A DNA stretch of 35,224 nt from a virus. Lineage: Duplodnaviria; Caudoviricetes. Position numbers and translations under genes: made by a program. The stretch is from positions 1-35,224 of IMG/VR virus record IMGVR_UViG_3300005805_000244. One strand, 5' to 3'. Below, in pieces: positions 18,378 through 27,446 of the stretch. Each line of letters begins with the position of its first letter. Position 1 is the first letter of the stretch. The notes under the pieces are model-generated. The model made no database searches, was not told the origin of the DNA, and saw only the letters and a list, made by a program, of their open reading frames with translations.

Positions 18378-18614
18378 ATGTCTAACACTAAAAACAACAA
18401 CACAATGGAAACACAAAACAAATCAATCATTCCAAAGGGAGCATTTTCAGAAATGCTGTCCGCATTTAGATATTTCGACAAAGTAGATGATGGATGTGGC
18501 TATGATAGACTTAATGCAAAAATGAGAATGATTCAAATGACATATCAGTTATCTGATGATGATTTATGCATTGTTGAGAAATGGGCATATGATAAATATT
18601 ATCAAGCCAAATAG
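18378..18614 (+). CDS. early hypothetical protein (true start may be 18405)
   Basis: Follows promoter; A-rich leader before METQ. Confidence 0.65.
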   Translation: MSNTKNNNTMETQNKSIIPKGAFSEMLSAFRYFDKVDDGCGYDRLNAKMRMIQMTYQLSDDDLCIVEKWAYDKYYQAK

Positions 18615-18675
18615 TTAAACCAAACGGGGAGCAACATCCTACACTGCATATTTTAAACCTTAAAAATCAAAAGCA

Positions 18676-18882
18676 ATGAAAACAACAACAACCATCAGCA
18701 AAAGAGAAATCAAAGTGACTGCAAACAAGTCAAAAAAGACCTACACCATCCGCACCTCTGCCGGAAAGTATCGCACCAACCCGATGTCATCTGCCGATTT
18801 TAACGATGCCGACTATTGGACAGGAAATGATTGGCAGAACTTTCTCAACACCTGTATGTTCGAATACTACGCAGTCAATTAA
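18676..18882 (+). CDS. early hypothetical protein
   Basis: CTTAAAAAT leader motif upstream. Confidence 0.7.
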   Translation: MKTTTTISKREIKVTANKSKKTYTIRTSAGKYRTNPMSSADFNDADYWTGNDWQNFLNTCMFEYYAVN

Positions 18883-18903
18883 TCATCTTAAAAATCAAAG
18901 GCA

Positions 18904-19113
18904 ATGAAGACTCCTGAAAAATATGATTCAATCAAACGAATCATCGGTGGTGAAACCGACATCATTGAGGTATATAATGGCAGAATAAAATTCAGATATT
19001 GTCAATCCGATACTTTTAATGTTTGGGTTAACATAGACTGCATCGAATGGAATGATGAACTGGATGCATGGGTATTTACCAAAGCTCCGTCTTATGATAG
19101 GGCATTCTCATAA
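18904..19113 (+). CDS. early hypothetical protein
   Basis: CTTAAAAAT leader motif upstream. Confidence 0.7.
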   Translation: MKTPEKYDSIKRIIGGETDIIEVYNGRIKFRYCQSDTFNVWVNIDCIEWNDELDAWVFTKAPSYDRAFS

Positions 19114-19130
19114 ACTTAAAAATTAAAGCA

Positions 19131-19238
19131 ATGATACACGAAATCATCATCGTAGGACTAATAGCAAAGGCAATGGTCTATGGATTCCTCAAGTTCACGC
19201 AATACTGCGAATCAAAAAAAAATGATAAAGTCATTTGA
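19131..19238 (+). CDS. 35-aa single-TM peptide, not in ORF track (MIHEIIIVGLIAKAMVYGFLKFTQYCESKKNDKVI)
   Basis: Translated by hand; same CTTAAAAAT leader as its neighbours. Confidence 0.6.
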   Translation: MIHEIIIVGLIAKAMVYGFLKFTQYCESKKNDKVI

Positions 19239-19264
19239 TTATTTCAAATCACTTAATACATTTG
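19234..19264 (+). promoter_or_regulatory. Bacteroidota sigma-A type promoter TTTG-N19-TACATTTG
   Basis: TTTG 19234-19237, TACATTTG 19257-19264; palindrome ATTTGA-N5-TCAAAT overlaps the -33 element. Confidence 0.75.
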
Positions 19265-19313
19265 CACACATTATCAACAATCATTTATGTCTTACTCTAA
19301 AAATTAAAATCAA

Positions 19314-19511
19314 ATGGAAACACAAATGCAAAATCAAAAAGAAGTCAAAGTTCGTGGTGGCAAAAGACCAAATGCCGGACGCAAACCATCAGGAAATCGC
19401 AAGGTGCAAGTCAGCATCTATGTCGAAGAGAAAATCATTGAAAGTCTTGGTGGAATGACTACCGTCAAAAGCATTCTTCTTGATGTCATTGCTAAATCAA
19501 GCAATCAATGA
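19314..19511 (+). CDS. small DNA-binding protein (RGG.R.NAGRKP motif plus RHH-like segment)
   Basis: RGGKRPNAGRKP followed by VQVSIYV strand and helices. Confidence 0.7.
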   Translation: METQMQNQKEVKVRGGKRPNAGRKPSGNRKVQVSIYVEEKIIESLGGMTTVKSILLDVIAKSSNQ

Positions 19512-19717
19512 CAACGAAACTGATTCACATCACCGACCTATCTGGCAAAGACAAATACTATTTTTGTTTTGAGTTTGCCAACTCCGTTGTCCAACAGGAA
19601 ATCAATCGTTTTGAATATGAACTCTTGAAAGACGCAGAAGAGGCACACTACACCAATGAGGTCACCAAACTGAAGCATAAGTATAGGATGCTTGAGCAAG
19701 AACAACAAAATCAATAA
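19508..19717 (+). CDS. hypothetical protein
   Basis: ATGA overlap. Confidence 0.65.
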   Translation: MTTKLIHITDLSGKDKYYFCFEFANSVVQQEINRFEYELLKDAEEAHYTNEVTKLKHKYRMLEQEQQNQ

Positions 19718-19737
19718 TCATCAAAAACAACAACGCA

Positions 19738-20019
19738 ATGGACACATTTATCAAAGCAATGATTTGCGAACTGGTCAACAAAGTTTGCGACATCCATCTT
19801 CACACTACTTGTGAGGCAGACATCAAGGTGAATTTACAAGTCGGGTCAATCACTATCATCATTGGTCATTCAGACCGAATGCTTGATTGGTTTGATCCGA
19901 TTTACTACACTACCTTGTATTTTAAGCATGACAATGAAAAAACATTTGCACAATCCTATTTGGACACCATGCTTGATTTGCAACAAGTCAGTAGAAATAA
20001 TGCAATTATTTTGATTTGA
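19738..20019 (+). CDS. hypothetical protein
   Basis: A-rich leader, fills the gap. Confidence 0.65.
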   Translation: MDTFIKAMICELVNKVCDIHLHTTCEADIKVNLQVGSITIIIGHSDRMLDWFDPIYYTTLYFKHDNEKTFAQSYLDTMLDLQQVSRNNAIILI

Positions 20020-20023
20020 TTGC

Positions 20024-20031
20024 TACATTTG
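20024..20031 (+). promoter_or_regulatory. -7 promoter element TACATTTG
   Basis: TAnnTTTG upstream of the recombination genes. Confidence 0.65.
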
Positions 20032-20072
20032 CACAATCAACAACATATTATTAACAACTTAAAAAAAACACG

Positions 20073-20930
20073 ATGAAATTAAGTAAAGCAACAAGACAAC
20101 AAGTAAAGCTCCGCATGGGTCTATCTGGTGCGTCTGGATTCGGAAAGACCTATTCAGCACTCTTACTTGCCTATGGCATGACCAATGATTGGAACAAGAT
20201 TGCCGTCATTGACACGGAGAACAATTCTGCATCTCTTTATTCTGATTTAGGTGATTACAATGTCTTGGCATTGTCAGCACCATTTTCACCCGAACGATAC
20301 ATTGAAGCCATCAAGACTTGCGAATCGGCTGGGATGGATGTCATTATCATTGATTCAATCACCCACGAATGGGAGGGTGTCGGTGGATGTCTTCAAATTG
20401 TTGATTCTTTGGGTGGTCGGTTTCAAGATTGGTCAAAAGTAACACCAAGACATCAAGCATTTATCAATGCCATCTTGCAATCATCCTGTCACATCATCAC
20501 AACCGTTCGCAGAAAACAAGACTATGACATGACCAAGAATGAAAAAGGCTATGTCCAAGTTCAAAAGGTCGGCACAAAAGAAGTGACAAGGGATGGATTT
20601 GAATATGAACTGACCATCAACTTTGAGTTTCTGAATGATAAGCATATGGTGAGGGCATCAAAGGATAGGACATCGATGTTTAGCGGAAAGCCGGAGTTCG
20701 TTATCACATCAGAAACAGGTCGCATGATTCTTAACTGGTGCAACAAAGGTGTTGAATCAGCAAAGATAGAAGTCGCAGAACAAAGTCTTGACCTATTGGA
20801 TGCATTGTTTGGTGTTGAATCAGCAAACGATTTGATTGAACTGCAAAGTGTTTGGAACAATTATGCATCTTTGCAATCAAACAAGGATTTCATCAATGCA
20901 GTAAAAGCAAAGAAAGGAGGTCTGAAATGA
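20073..20930 (+). CDS. AAA-family ATPase, Sak4-like recombination protein
   Basis: Walker A GASGFGKT, VIDTE, IIIDSITHEW. Confidence 0.8.
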   Translation: MKLSKATRQQVKLRMGLSGASGFGKTYSALLLAYGMTNDWNKIAVIDTENNSASLYSDLGDYNVLALSAPFSPERYIEAIKTCESAGMDVIIIDSITHEWEGVGGCLQIVDSLGGRFQDWSKVTPRHQAFINAILQSSCHIITTVRRKQDYDMTKNEKGYVQVQKVGTKEVTRDGFEYELTINFEFLNDKHMVRASKDRTSMFSGKPEFVITSETGRMILNWCNKGVESAKIEVAEQSLDLLDALFGVESANDLIELQSVWNNYASLQSNKDFINAVKAKKGGLK

Positions 20931-21418
20931 GTCTTTCACTCTATCAAATCACGGAGCAATACAAGCAAATTGCCGAAGCATTAATCGAATCAGGTGGCGA
21001 AGTGTCACCTGATATCGAAGACGCATTGAAAATCAATCAGCAGAATCTTCAAGAAAAGGCGGTGAACTATGGTTACATCATTAAGCAATCAGAACTGGAG
21101 TGTGATATGATTGATGCAGAGATTCAGCGACTGACAAAGATGAAGAAAGCAAGGCAGAATGCCATCGAAGAATTGAAAGCAAGGCTGACATCGGCAATGA
21201 CCTATTTTGAAATCAATGAAATCAAATCACCAACATTGAAACTTTCATTCAGAAAATCAGAGTCAGTTGAAATCATCAATGAGGCATTGATCCCGGATCA
21301 ATACAAGATGCCACAAGCACCAAAGATTCTGAAGATGGCAATCAAAGAGGCACTCAAGAATGGTGAACCAGTAGATGGTGCAGTCATCGAAACCAATTAC
21401 AACCTACAAATCAAATAA
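20927..21418 (+). CDS. siphovirus Gp157-family protein
   Basis: SLYQIT..Y, EIQRL..MKK, LSFRKSESVEI, IKEALKNGEPVDGA. Confidence 0.85.
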   Translation: MSLSLYQITEQYKQIAEALIESGGEVSPDIEDALKINQQNLQEKAVNYGYIIKQSELECDMIDAEIQRLTKMKKARQNAIEELKARLTSAMTYFEINEIKSPTLKLSFRKSESVEIINEALIPDQYKMPQAPKILKMAIKEALKNGEPVDGAVIETNYNLQIK

Positions 21419-21442
21419 TTATTAACCTTAAAAATCAACACA

Positions 21443-21778
21443 ATGAAACTTACAACAAATCTTTTCGGAGAAATCATCATCACCATCAGCAAGGCAGAGG
21501 TCGATGCATTGATGAACAACAAATCAATTGAAACATCATCTTCCAAAATCAAGTTGCCAACAATGCACAACAAGTCTTTGCAGTTTCTCAAAGAAGTCAA
21601 AGGTGTCTTTGGGTCAAAGGAAATCAAACGCAGAGATGCAACATTGCGTAAATTGGCAAACAAATATGACATCATTGATTTATCGCAGTTGCTTTCAAGA
21701 TTACGCAAATCAAACTGCATCGATGTCAAGACTAAAGGAGTGATGAAAAGAATTGATACTTTTGTGGTAAAGTATTAA
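21443..21778 (+). CDS. hypothetical basic protein, possible winged helix
   Basis: CTTAAAAAT leader; LSQLLSRLRKSNCIDV. Confidence 0.65.
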   Translation: MKLTTNLFGEIIITISKAEVDALMNNKSIETSSSKIKLPTMHNKSLQFLKEVKGVFGSKEIKRRDATLRKLANKYDIIDLSQLLSRLRKSNCIDVKTKGVMKRIDTFVVKY

Positions 21779-21781
21779 TCG

Positions 21782-22162
21782 ATGGCAACTGGACTACTTG
21801 GGCAGACATTCACCGATGGTGCAAGAATAAATATCAAGCCGATGTCGGTGAATGCTGCCTATCGTGGTCGCAGATACAATACAAAAGAACACATACAATG
21901 GGAACAACTTGTCATGTTTTCTTTACCATCCATCGAATTGCCATCACCTCCATTTGAAATCGCATTTACATTTGGTTTATCATCAGTCAACGCAGATGGT
22001 GACAACTGCATCAAAATCGCACAGGATGTCATTGCCAAGAAATATGGATTCAATGACAAGCAAATCAAAAGATGGTTGGTTGAAGTCATCAAAGTTGACA
22101 AAGGCAAAGAGTATTTTGAGTTTCACCTTAACACATTAAACAATGACACAAAAAGAACTTAA
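21782..22162 (+). CDS. RusA-like Holliday junction resolvase
   Basis: PMSVN, DGDNCIK..QD, NDKQI catalytic pattern. Confidence 0.75.
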   Translation: MATGLLGQTFTDGARINIKPMSVNAAYRGRRYNTKEHIQWEQLVMFSLPSIELPSPPFEIAFTFGLSSVNADGDNCIKIAQDVIAKKYGFNDKQIKRWLVEVIKVDKGKEYFEFHLNTLNNDTKRT

Positions 22163-22604
22163 ATTGAAAGCAGAAATGTTTACGGACAATCTTTTGCACC
22201 AACACATTTACATTGCTGGTTACAACCAAGCATTGATTGATTTGACAAAGCAAGAATCAAAAGAAATCGTTCATCCTTTTCTAAATGACAAAGATTTTGT
22301 CGAAATTTGGCAAGAATTTATCAAGGTCAAGAAGAAGAAGAAAGCATCGGTGTCATCACGCATTCTGATGCGACAACTCCAAAAGCTTGAAGACCTTGCA
22401 AACAACAATGTCAAAATCGCAAACGAAATAGTGACCAAATCAGTAATGTCGGGATGGTCAGATGTGTATCCTTTAAAAAACAACACCAATGCAATTACAA
22501 CCAGTCAACAAAGCAATTCAGCATCAGCAAAAAGAGAAAGCATTAATCGAATGGAAGACCTTGCCAGAGCAATCATACAAGGCAATACAGGTAATCAGTT
22601 TTGA
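22143..22604 (+). CDS. protein resembling the C-terminal domain of phage replication initiators
   Basis: WQEFIKVKKKKK...LQKL...ANEIVTKSVMSGWSDVYP. Confidence 0.55.
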   Translation: MTQKELKLKAEMFTDNLLHQHIYIAGYNQALIDLTKQESKEIVHPFLNDKDFVEIWQEFIKVKKKKKASVSSRILMRQLQKLEDLANNNVKIANEIVTKSVMSGWSDVYPLKNNTNAITTSQQSNSASAKRESINRMEDLARAIIQGNTGNQF

Positions 22605-23091
22605 TGATGTAATCAAGGCAGAGTCACCATCACTTGCCAAGATGAAAAAGGAATATGGTGACATACATACCAAAGCAATCTTGACAATAATCATCGTTGA
22701 TGTCATCAAATTCTTCAATGTCGGCAAATCAATGTCGGATGTGCAAGTCGGTCAAACGATTGAATTGATTCAGCAAGAATATTGGATGCTAAAACCCGAA
22801 GATTTTAAGTTGTGTTTTAACAATGCCAAGAAAGGAATGTATGGTCAAGTATATGACCGGATCGATGGACAAGTCATCATGTCTTGGTTGCAACAACACA
22901 TTGCAAAACGATTTGAATTTTCAGAGCAACAATCAATGCAAAAGCATGACCGATTGAAAAAGGAAACTGAAACAATGCGTCAGCAACAATTGCAGAGCGA
23001 CAAAGAAAAGCATCAAGAAATACAACGAATCGCAGTTCAGCAATACATCAATAATCAAAAGAACAATGAAGAAAATCAAAATAGGCAGTGA
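22489..23091 (+). CDS. replication-associated protein (DUF6633-like, helicase-loader position)
   Basis: EYWMLKPEDFKLCF..AKKGMYGQVYDRIDGQVIMSWL. Confidence 0.6.
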   Translation: MQLQPVNKAIQHQQKEKALIEWKTLPEQSYKAIQVISFDDVIKAESPSLAKMKKEYGDIHTKAILTIIIVDVIKFFNVGKSMSDVQVGQTIELIQQEYWMLKPEDFKLCFNNAKKGMYGQVYDRIDGQVIMSWLQQHIAKRFEFSEQQSMQKHDRLKKETETMRQQQLQSDKEKHQEIQRIAVQQYINNQKNNEENQNRQ

Positions 23092-24523
23092 CTTTTCTGG
23101 AGTCGGTGCATTCAACCAAGCATTGATGCGACTGGGCATTGATTATGAAGAGGTCTTTGCGTGTGACATGGACAAGTATGCAAGGCAGACCTTCATTCAT
23201 AACTATGGAGAACCAAAGTATTTTCCGACTGATGTCTATAAGAGAGAGATTCCACAGGATTCATTGGACATATACATGACAAGTCCACCATGTCAAGCGT
23301 TCTCATTAGCTGGAAAAAGATTAGGCAAGGATGACAAAAGAGGCATCTTGTTTTTCAATTCACATGAGTTCATCAAGGTGAATAAGCCAAGGTTCTTCAT
23401 ATTTGAGAATGTAAAAGGGTTGTTGTCGGATGATGGAGGCAAGACATTTAGTGAGTGGGTAAATATGTTGGGAGGCAAGTCAGTTAATGGAACGATGGTG
23501 ATGTTTCCTGATGAAGATAGTGTACCATATCACCTCTATTGGCAAGTATTAAATGCCAAAGAACATGGTGTTCCTCAAAATAGGGAAAGGGTTTTTCTTA
23601 TCGGCATCCGTGATGACAAGGATAATAACTTTCGATTTCCAGTTGAAGAGCGTTTGACAAAACGATTGAAAGATGTTTTGGAAGAGGTAGTGGATGATAA
23701 ATACTTTTTAACTGAATCAAAAATTGAATATCTGCAAAGAACTAAAGGAACAAGCTTTGATGTCAATTCAAATATATTAAATCAAACTTTACCAAACGAA
23801 TCAAGAACAATTCAAAGTGGTTACTATAAGTGTCCAAGAGATAACCAGTACATTAAGGTTAAGTCGGCAACATCACTTGGATATGAAGAGGCAACTGATG
23901 GTGATTCAATCTCATTGTGTCATCCTAACTCTGATACAAGAAGAGGAAGAGTTGGAAAGGGAGTTGCTCAAACAATTGATACCACAAACAATCAGGGAGT
24001 GATTCAAATAAATCCAAGCAAGGAAAGTGGAGGCAAACAACCATATCAGCAGAATAGGGTTTATGATGGAGATGGCATATCTCCGGCAATAAATTCAGGT
24101 CAAGAAAATTGGGGTGGCAATATTGTTAGATACACCAGCAAACGATTAAACGAAACCCTTGATAAGTTTGATCACGACCTTCCCAAAGACAAGCCGGTAA
24201 TCATTGATGCCGCAAACAATACCTTTGTTTCAATACCAACCAATAAATATCAAAAGGAAATTGAACAATCATTAAGCCAAGATGTTTGCACAGGCATAGA
24301 TGCAAGTTATTATAAAGGATTTGGAGTAAGGCAAGGTAAGTGCAGGCAAGTAGTTGCACAAGATTACAAAATCCGCAGACTTACCCCAAGAGAATGCTTT
24401 CGTTTGATGGACTTTCCTGACACATTTACATGGACTTGTTCCGATTCTCAAGCATACAAACAAGCCGGAAACTCTATCGTGGTTAATGTGCTATATAAAA
24501 TTCTAAAAAGATTACCAATATAA
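23066..24523 (+). CDS. DNA (cytosine-5)-methyltransferase with long variable region
   Basis: FSGVGA, SPPCQAFS, FENVKG, PQNRERVF, RRLTPRECFRLMDF, YKQAGNS. Confidence 0.95.
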   Translation: MKKIKIGSDFSGVGAFNQALMRLGIDYEEVFACDMDKYARQTFIHNYGEPKYFPTDVYKREIPQDSLDIYMTSPPCQAFSLAGKRLGKDDKRGILFFNSHEFIKVNKPRFFIFENVKGLLSDDGGKTFSEWVNMLGGKSVNGTMVMFPDEDSVPYHLYWQVLNAKEHGVPQNRERVFLIGIRDDKDNNFRFPVEERLTKRLKDVLEEVVDDKYFLTESKIEYLQRTKGTSFDVNSNILNQTLPNESRTIQSGYYKCPRDNQYIKVKSATSLGYEEATDGDSISLCHPNSDTRRGRVGKGVAQTIDTTNNQGVIQINPSKESGGKQPYQQNRVYDGDGISPAINSGQENWGGNIVRYTSKRLNETLDKFDHDLPKDKPVIIDAANNTFVSIPTNKYQKEIEQSLSQDVCTGIDASYYKGFGVRQGKCRQVVAQDYKIRRLTPRECFRLMDFPDTFTWTCSDSQAYKQAGNSIVVNVLYKILKRLPI

Positions 24524-24542
24524 ACAATCAAAAACAATAAAA

Positions 24543-24824
24543 ATGAACAACGAACTGAACATCAATTTCAATCGAATTGAAAACAATGCAGAATCAAACG
24601 CAATTTTGCAATCAAACAAGACGCACCTATCAAAGCAATGCAAGATGTTGCTTGATGCACTCATGCGTGGTGAACATCTGACAACGGCTGAAGCTCTTAT
24701 CTTCTACGGAATCGGTGACATGAGAAGAAGAGTCAAAGACCTCCGTGATGCTGGATATCAAATCAAGGATTCATTGCAGAAAAATCGTTACAAGAAATAC
24801 TATATAGAAATCAAATGTCAATAA
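24543..24824 (+). CDS. winged helix-turn-helix protein
   Basis: LLDALMRGEHLTTAEAL..YGI...RRVKDLRDAGYQI. Confidence 0.75.
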   Translation: MNNELNINFNRIENNAESNAILQSNKTHLSKQCKMLLDALMRGEHLTTAEALIFYGIGDMRRRVKDLRDAGYQIKDSLQKNRYKKYYIEIKCQ

Positions 24825-25432
24825 TCAAATTGCAAGAACGCATCGGTGTCAAGGCAGATGGCATCTTTGGTCGCAACACATTCAATGCTGCCATGCAACA
24901 CTTTGGAATGACTCCGATTCGTGCTGCACATTTCTTCGCACAATGTGACCATGAAACAGGAGGATTTAAAATATACACCGAAAATCTGAATTACTCTGCA
25001 TCGGGATTGATGAGGACATTCAAGAAGTATTTCAATGCTGAACAAGCATCAGCATATGCAAACAAACCGCAAATGATTGCCAATCGTGTATATGCTAACC
25101 GCATGGGTAATCGTGATGAATCAACTGGTGATGGGTATAAATATAGAGGCAGAGGTGCAATTCAATTGACAGGGTTGGATAATTATTATCAATTCGCTTT
25201 GTGGTTCAAGATGCCATCAATACTTTTGAACCCGGATCTTGTTGCAACTGATTATGCTTTTGAATCTGCATTATTCTTTTTCAACAACAACAAGTTGTGG
25301 AGCATATGCGACAAAGGAATAGATGAACGCACCATTCGTGAGGTGACAAAGAAAATAAATGGCGGCTATAATGGCATCAATGACCGAATCGATAAAACCA
25401 TAAAGTATTACAACTATGCACAATCCGTTTGA
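24815..25432 (+). CDS. endolysin, GH19 chitinase-like with N-terminal peptidoglycan-binding motif
   Basis: ADGIFGRNT, HFFAQCDHETGG, ENLNYS, YRGRGAIQLTG, TKKINGG.NG..DR. Confidence 0.92.
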   Translation: MSIIKLQERIGVKADGIFGRNTFNAAMQHFGMTPIRAAHFFAQCDHETGGFKIYTENLNYSASGLMRTFKKYFNAEQASAYANKPQMIANRVYANRMGNRDESTGDGYKYRGRGAIQLTGLDNYYQFALWFKMPSILLNPDLVATDYAFESALFFFNNNKLWSICDKGIDERTIREVTKKINGGYNGINDRIDKTIKYYNYAQSV

Positions 25433-25640
25433 TGAACTAACACAGGAAGACAATGAATCATTCTACAATCACCTCATGTCAATATGGGAAATCACACCGG
25501 ACAAGGTAAAAGAACGGTTCAGACGCAATCAACAATGTTTGATGTGTGATGAGTGCAAAGGGTATGTTTCATCAGTTCAGAAAGCAATAATCGAAGCAAA
25601 GAAAAAGAAATATGAAGAATCAAAGACAATGGACAACTGA
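25416..25640 (+). CDS. hypothetical protein with CxxCxxC
   Basis: Overlaps both neighbours. Confidence 0.55.
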   Translation: MHNPFDELTQEDNESFYNHLMSIWEITPDKVKERFRRNQQCLMCDECKGYVSSVQKAIIEAKKKKYEESKTMDN

Positions 25641-26253
25641 AGAAGTGCAACTACTGCGTGACCTTTATCCCATTAAGTCAGCAATTACAATTGGTGCAAT
25701 GATTAATCGGTCACGGACATCGGTGTCATCAAAGGCGAATCAATTGAAGATTCGCAAGGCAGATGACTGGGCAACCAACCCGGAGGCAAAAAGATTCTTC
25801 AAAGGTCATATGCATACACTTAATCGAAAGCCTCACAACAAAGGCAAAAAGCAAAGTGACTATCTGACCGAAGAGCAAATTGAACGGATCAAACAAACGC
25901 AATTCAAGAAAGGCAGCAAACCATCACATACAATGCCTGTTGGAACAATCATCACTCGCACAAATAATTTGCGAAAGACATATCAGTTTGTGAAAGTAGA
26001 TGAAAAGAAATGGTTATTTTTGCACCATAAGATTTGGATGGATGCATATGGTAAAATACCAAAAGGTCATGTGATAGCATTCAAAGACAAAGACACAATG
26101 AATGTCACAATTGAAAACCTATATATGCTATCAAAGGAAGAACATTGTCACAATAATCGTGACTCAAAATATCCAATGGAACTGCGTGAACTTATCAGAT
26201 TGAAAAACAAACTAAAAAAAGAAGCATGGCAAAGAACAAAATCGAACACTTGA
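25612..26253 (+). CDS. HNH endonuclease-domain protein
   Basis: LHHKIW...GKIPKGHVIAFKD....N..IENL; FKKG repeats. Confidence 0.85.
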   Translation: MKNQRQWTTEEVQLLRDLYPIKSAITIGAMINRSRTSVSSKANQLKIRKADDWATNPEAKRFFKGHMHTLNRKPHNKGKKQSDYLTEEQIERIKQTQFKKGSKPSHTMPVGTIITRTNNLRKTYQFVKVDEKKWLFLHHKIWMDAYGKIPKGHVIAFKDKDTMNVTIENLYMLSKEEHCHNNRDSKYPMELRELIRLKNKLKKEAWQRTKSNT

Positions 26254-26453
26254 GGGATCATCTCTTTGAGGCAATAGAAATGCTCAAGGATGAGGAAAGC
26301 AACATGACCGTTGACAAAGCAGAGGCAATAGCATCATTGTCGCAGCAAATAATCAACACGGCAAAATTAGAAATAGATTTTGCAAAGACCGTTGATTCAA
26401 TGAATGGACTATCAACACCTACCGAATTTCTTCAAAAACAATTAAACAAATAA
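26226..26453 (+). CDS. conserved phage protein typically adjacent to this HNH type
   Basis: LRDHLFEAIE.L....KAEAI..LSQQIINTAK. Confidence 0.75.
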   Translation: MAKNKIEHLRDHLFEAIEMLKDEESNMTVDKAEAIASLSQQIINTAKLEIDFAKTVDSMNGLSTPTEFLQKQLNK

Positions 26454-26457
26454 AATT

Positions 26458-26688
26458 ATGGAAACAAAAATCAACACAGGAGCAATCTTCAAAAACAACA
26501 AGAAGACATCAGAAAAAGCTCCGGACTACAAAGGCAAAATCAATGTTGATGGCAAAGAGGTTGCCATTGCTTGTTGGGTAAGACAATCACAAACAACTGG
26601 AGAGTCTTATTTCAGTTGCAAGATTGAAGAACCATATGTCAAGCCACCACAAGACACTCCGGATACCATGAATGATTTACCATTCTAA
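26458..26688 (+). CDS. small OB-fold/SSB-like protein (DUF736-like)
   Basis: GAIFKN..K...APDYKG, ACW, C-terminal DLPF. Confidence 0.75.
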   Translation: METKINTGAIFKNNKKTSEKAPDYKGKINVDGKEVAIACWVRQSQTTGESYFSCKIEEPYVKPPQDTPDTMNDLPF

Positions 26689-26700
26689 ATAATCAAAGCA

Positions 26701-26952
26701 ATGAACAAACAAGAAACAAGTCTTGATTGGTTGATTTCGCAAATCACAACAAGCAAGATGTCTGCAAAGGAAGTGATTGCAAAAGCAAAGGCAATGCACA
26801 AGGAAGAGATAATTGAAGCATACTGCACAGGATGTCTTCATATGGCAGAGGATGAAACCATCTTTCCAAGAGAAACAAGTGAGAGATACTATCAAACAAC
26901 CTACTGCGAAAACCCTCAACCAAAACCATTCATTCCATTCATGTATCGATAA
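26701..26952 (+). CDS. hypothetical phage protein
   Basis: TSLDWL...AKAMHKEEIIEAY...YYQTTY pattern. Confidence 0.7.
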   Translation: MNKQETSLDWLISQITTSKMSAKEVIAKAKAMHKEEIIEAYCTGCLHMAEDETIFPRETSERYYQTTYCENPQPKPFIPFMYR

Positions 26953-26964
26953 AAAAACAACACA

Positions 26965-27168
26965 ATGAACCCACAAGAAAAAGCAAAGGAAATTTATGAG
27001 TATTGGTTGGATATGTTAAATGAACAAGCAATTGACCATCCAAACATCCACCAACTAACAAAGGAATGTTGCTACACAATGATAGACATCATACGCAGTT
27101 CAGCATTCCCGAATGTTACATGGGGTGACTATTGGATGGAAGTAAAAGACCAAGTCAAATGGCTATGA
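26965..27168 (+). CDS. hypothetical phage protein
   Basis: PQEKAKE....YWMEVK pattern. Confidence 0.7.
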   Translation: MNPQEKAKEIYEYWLDMLNEQAIDHPNIHQLTKECCYTMIDIIRSSAFPNVTWGDYWMEVKDQVKWL

Positions 27169-27446
27169 AAATAAGCAATGGCATTCTGAATTGCAATGTG
27201 CTGATTCATTCGCCAACACTTACTGACATAGGTGTTGACAATGAAGACTGGATAAACATATGCATAAACATGGATGCCATTGCATCCATCAGGCAAGACT
27301 ATGCAGAAACGATTGTTGATGAATCAGCGGTCATCACTCTCATCGGAATCAATGACCCTCACATCGTTGACATTCCATACAAACAATTGATTAATGAATG
27401 GGCAAAATATAAATCAAATGAAATTGACACCAGAAGTAATCATTGA
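27165..27446 (+). CDS. hypothetical protein
   Basis: ATGA overlap start. Confidence 0.6.
   Translation: MKISNGILNCNVLIHSPTLTDIGVDNEDWINICINMDAIASIRQDYAETIVDESAVITLIGINDPHIVDIPYKQLINEWAKYKSNEIDTRSNH

Noticed and set aside
18059-18486. ORFs 18059..18250 (-) and 18139..18486 (+)
   Set aside because: Non-ATG starts, they run across promoters and structured sequence, and the composition is not protein-like
25612-26253. HNH gene as an intron- or intein-borne mobile element
   Set aside because: Free-standing, overlaps its neighbours normally and interrupts no gene
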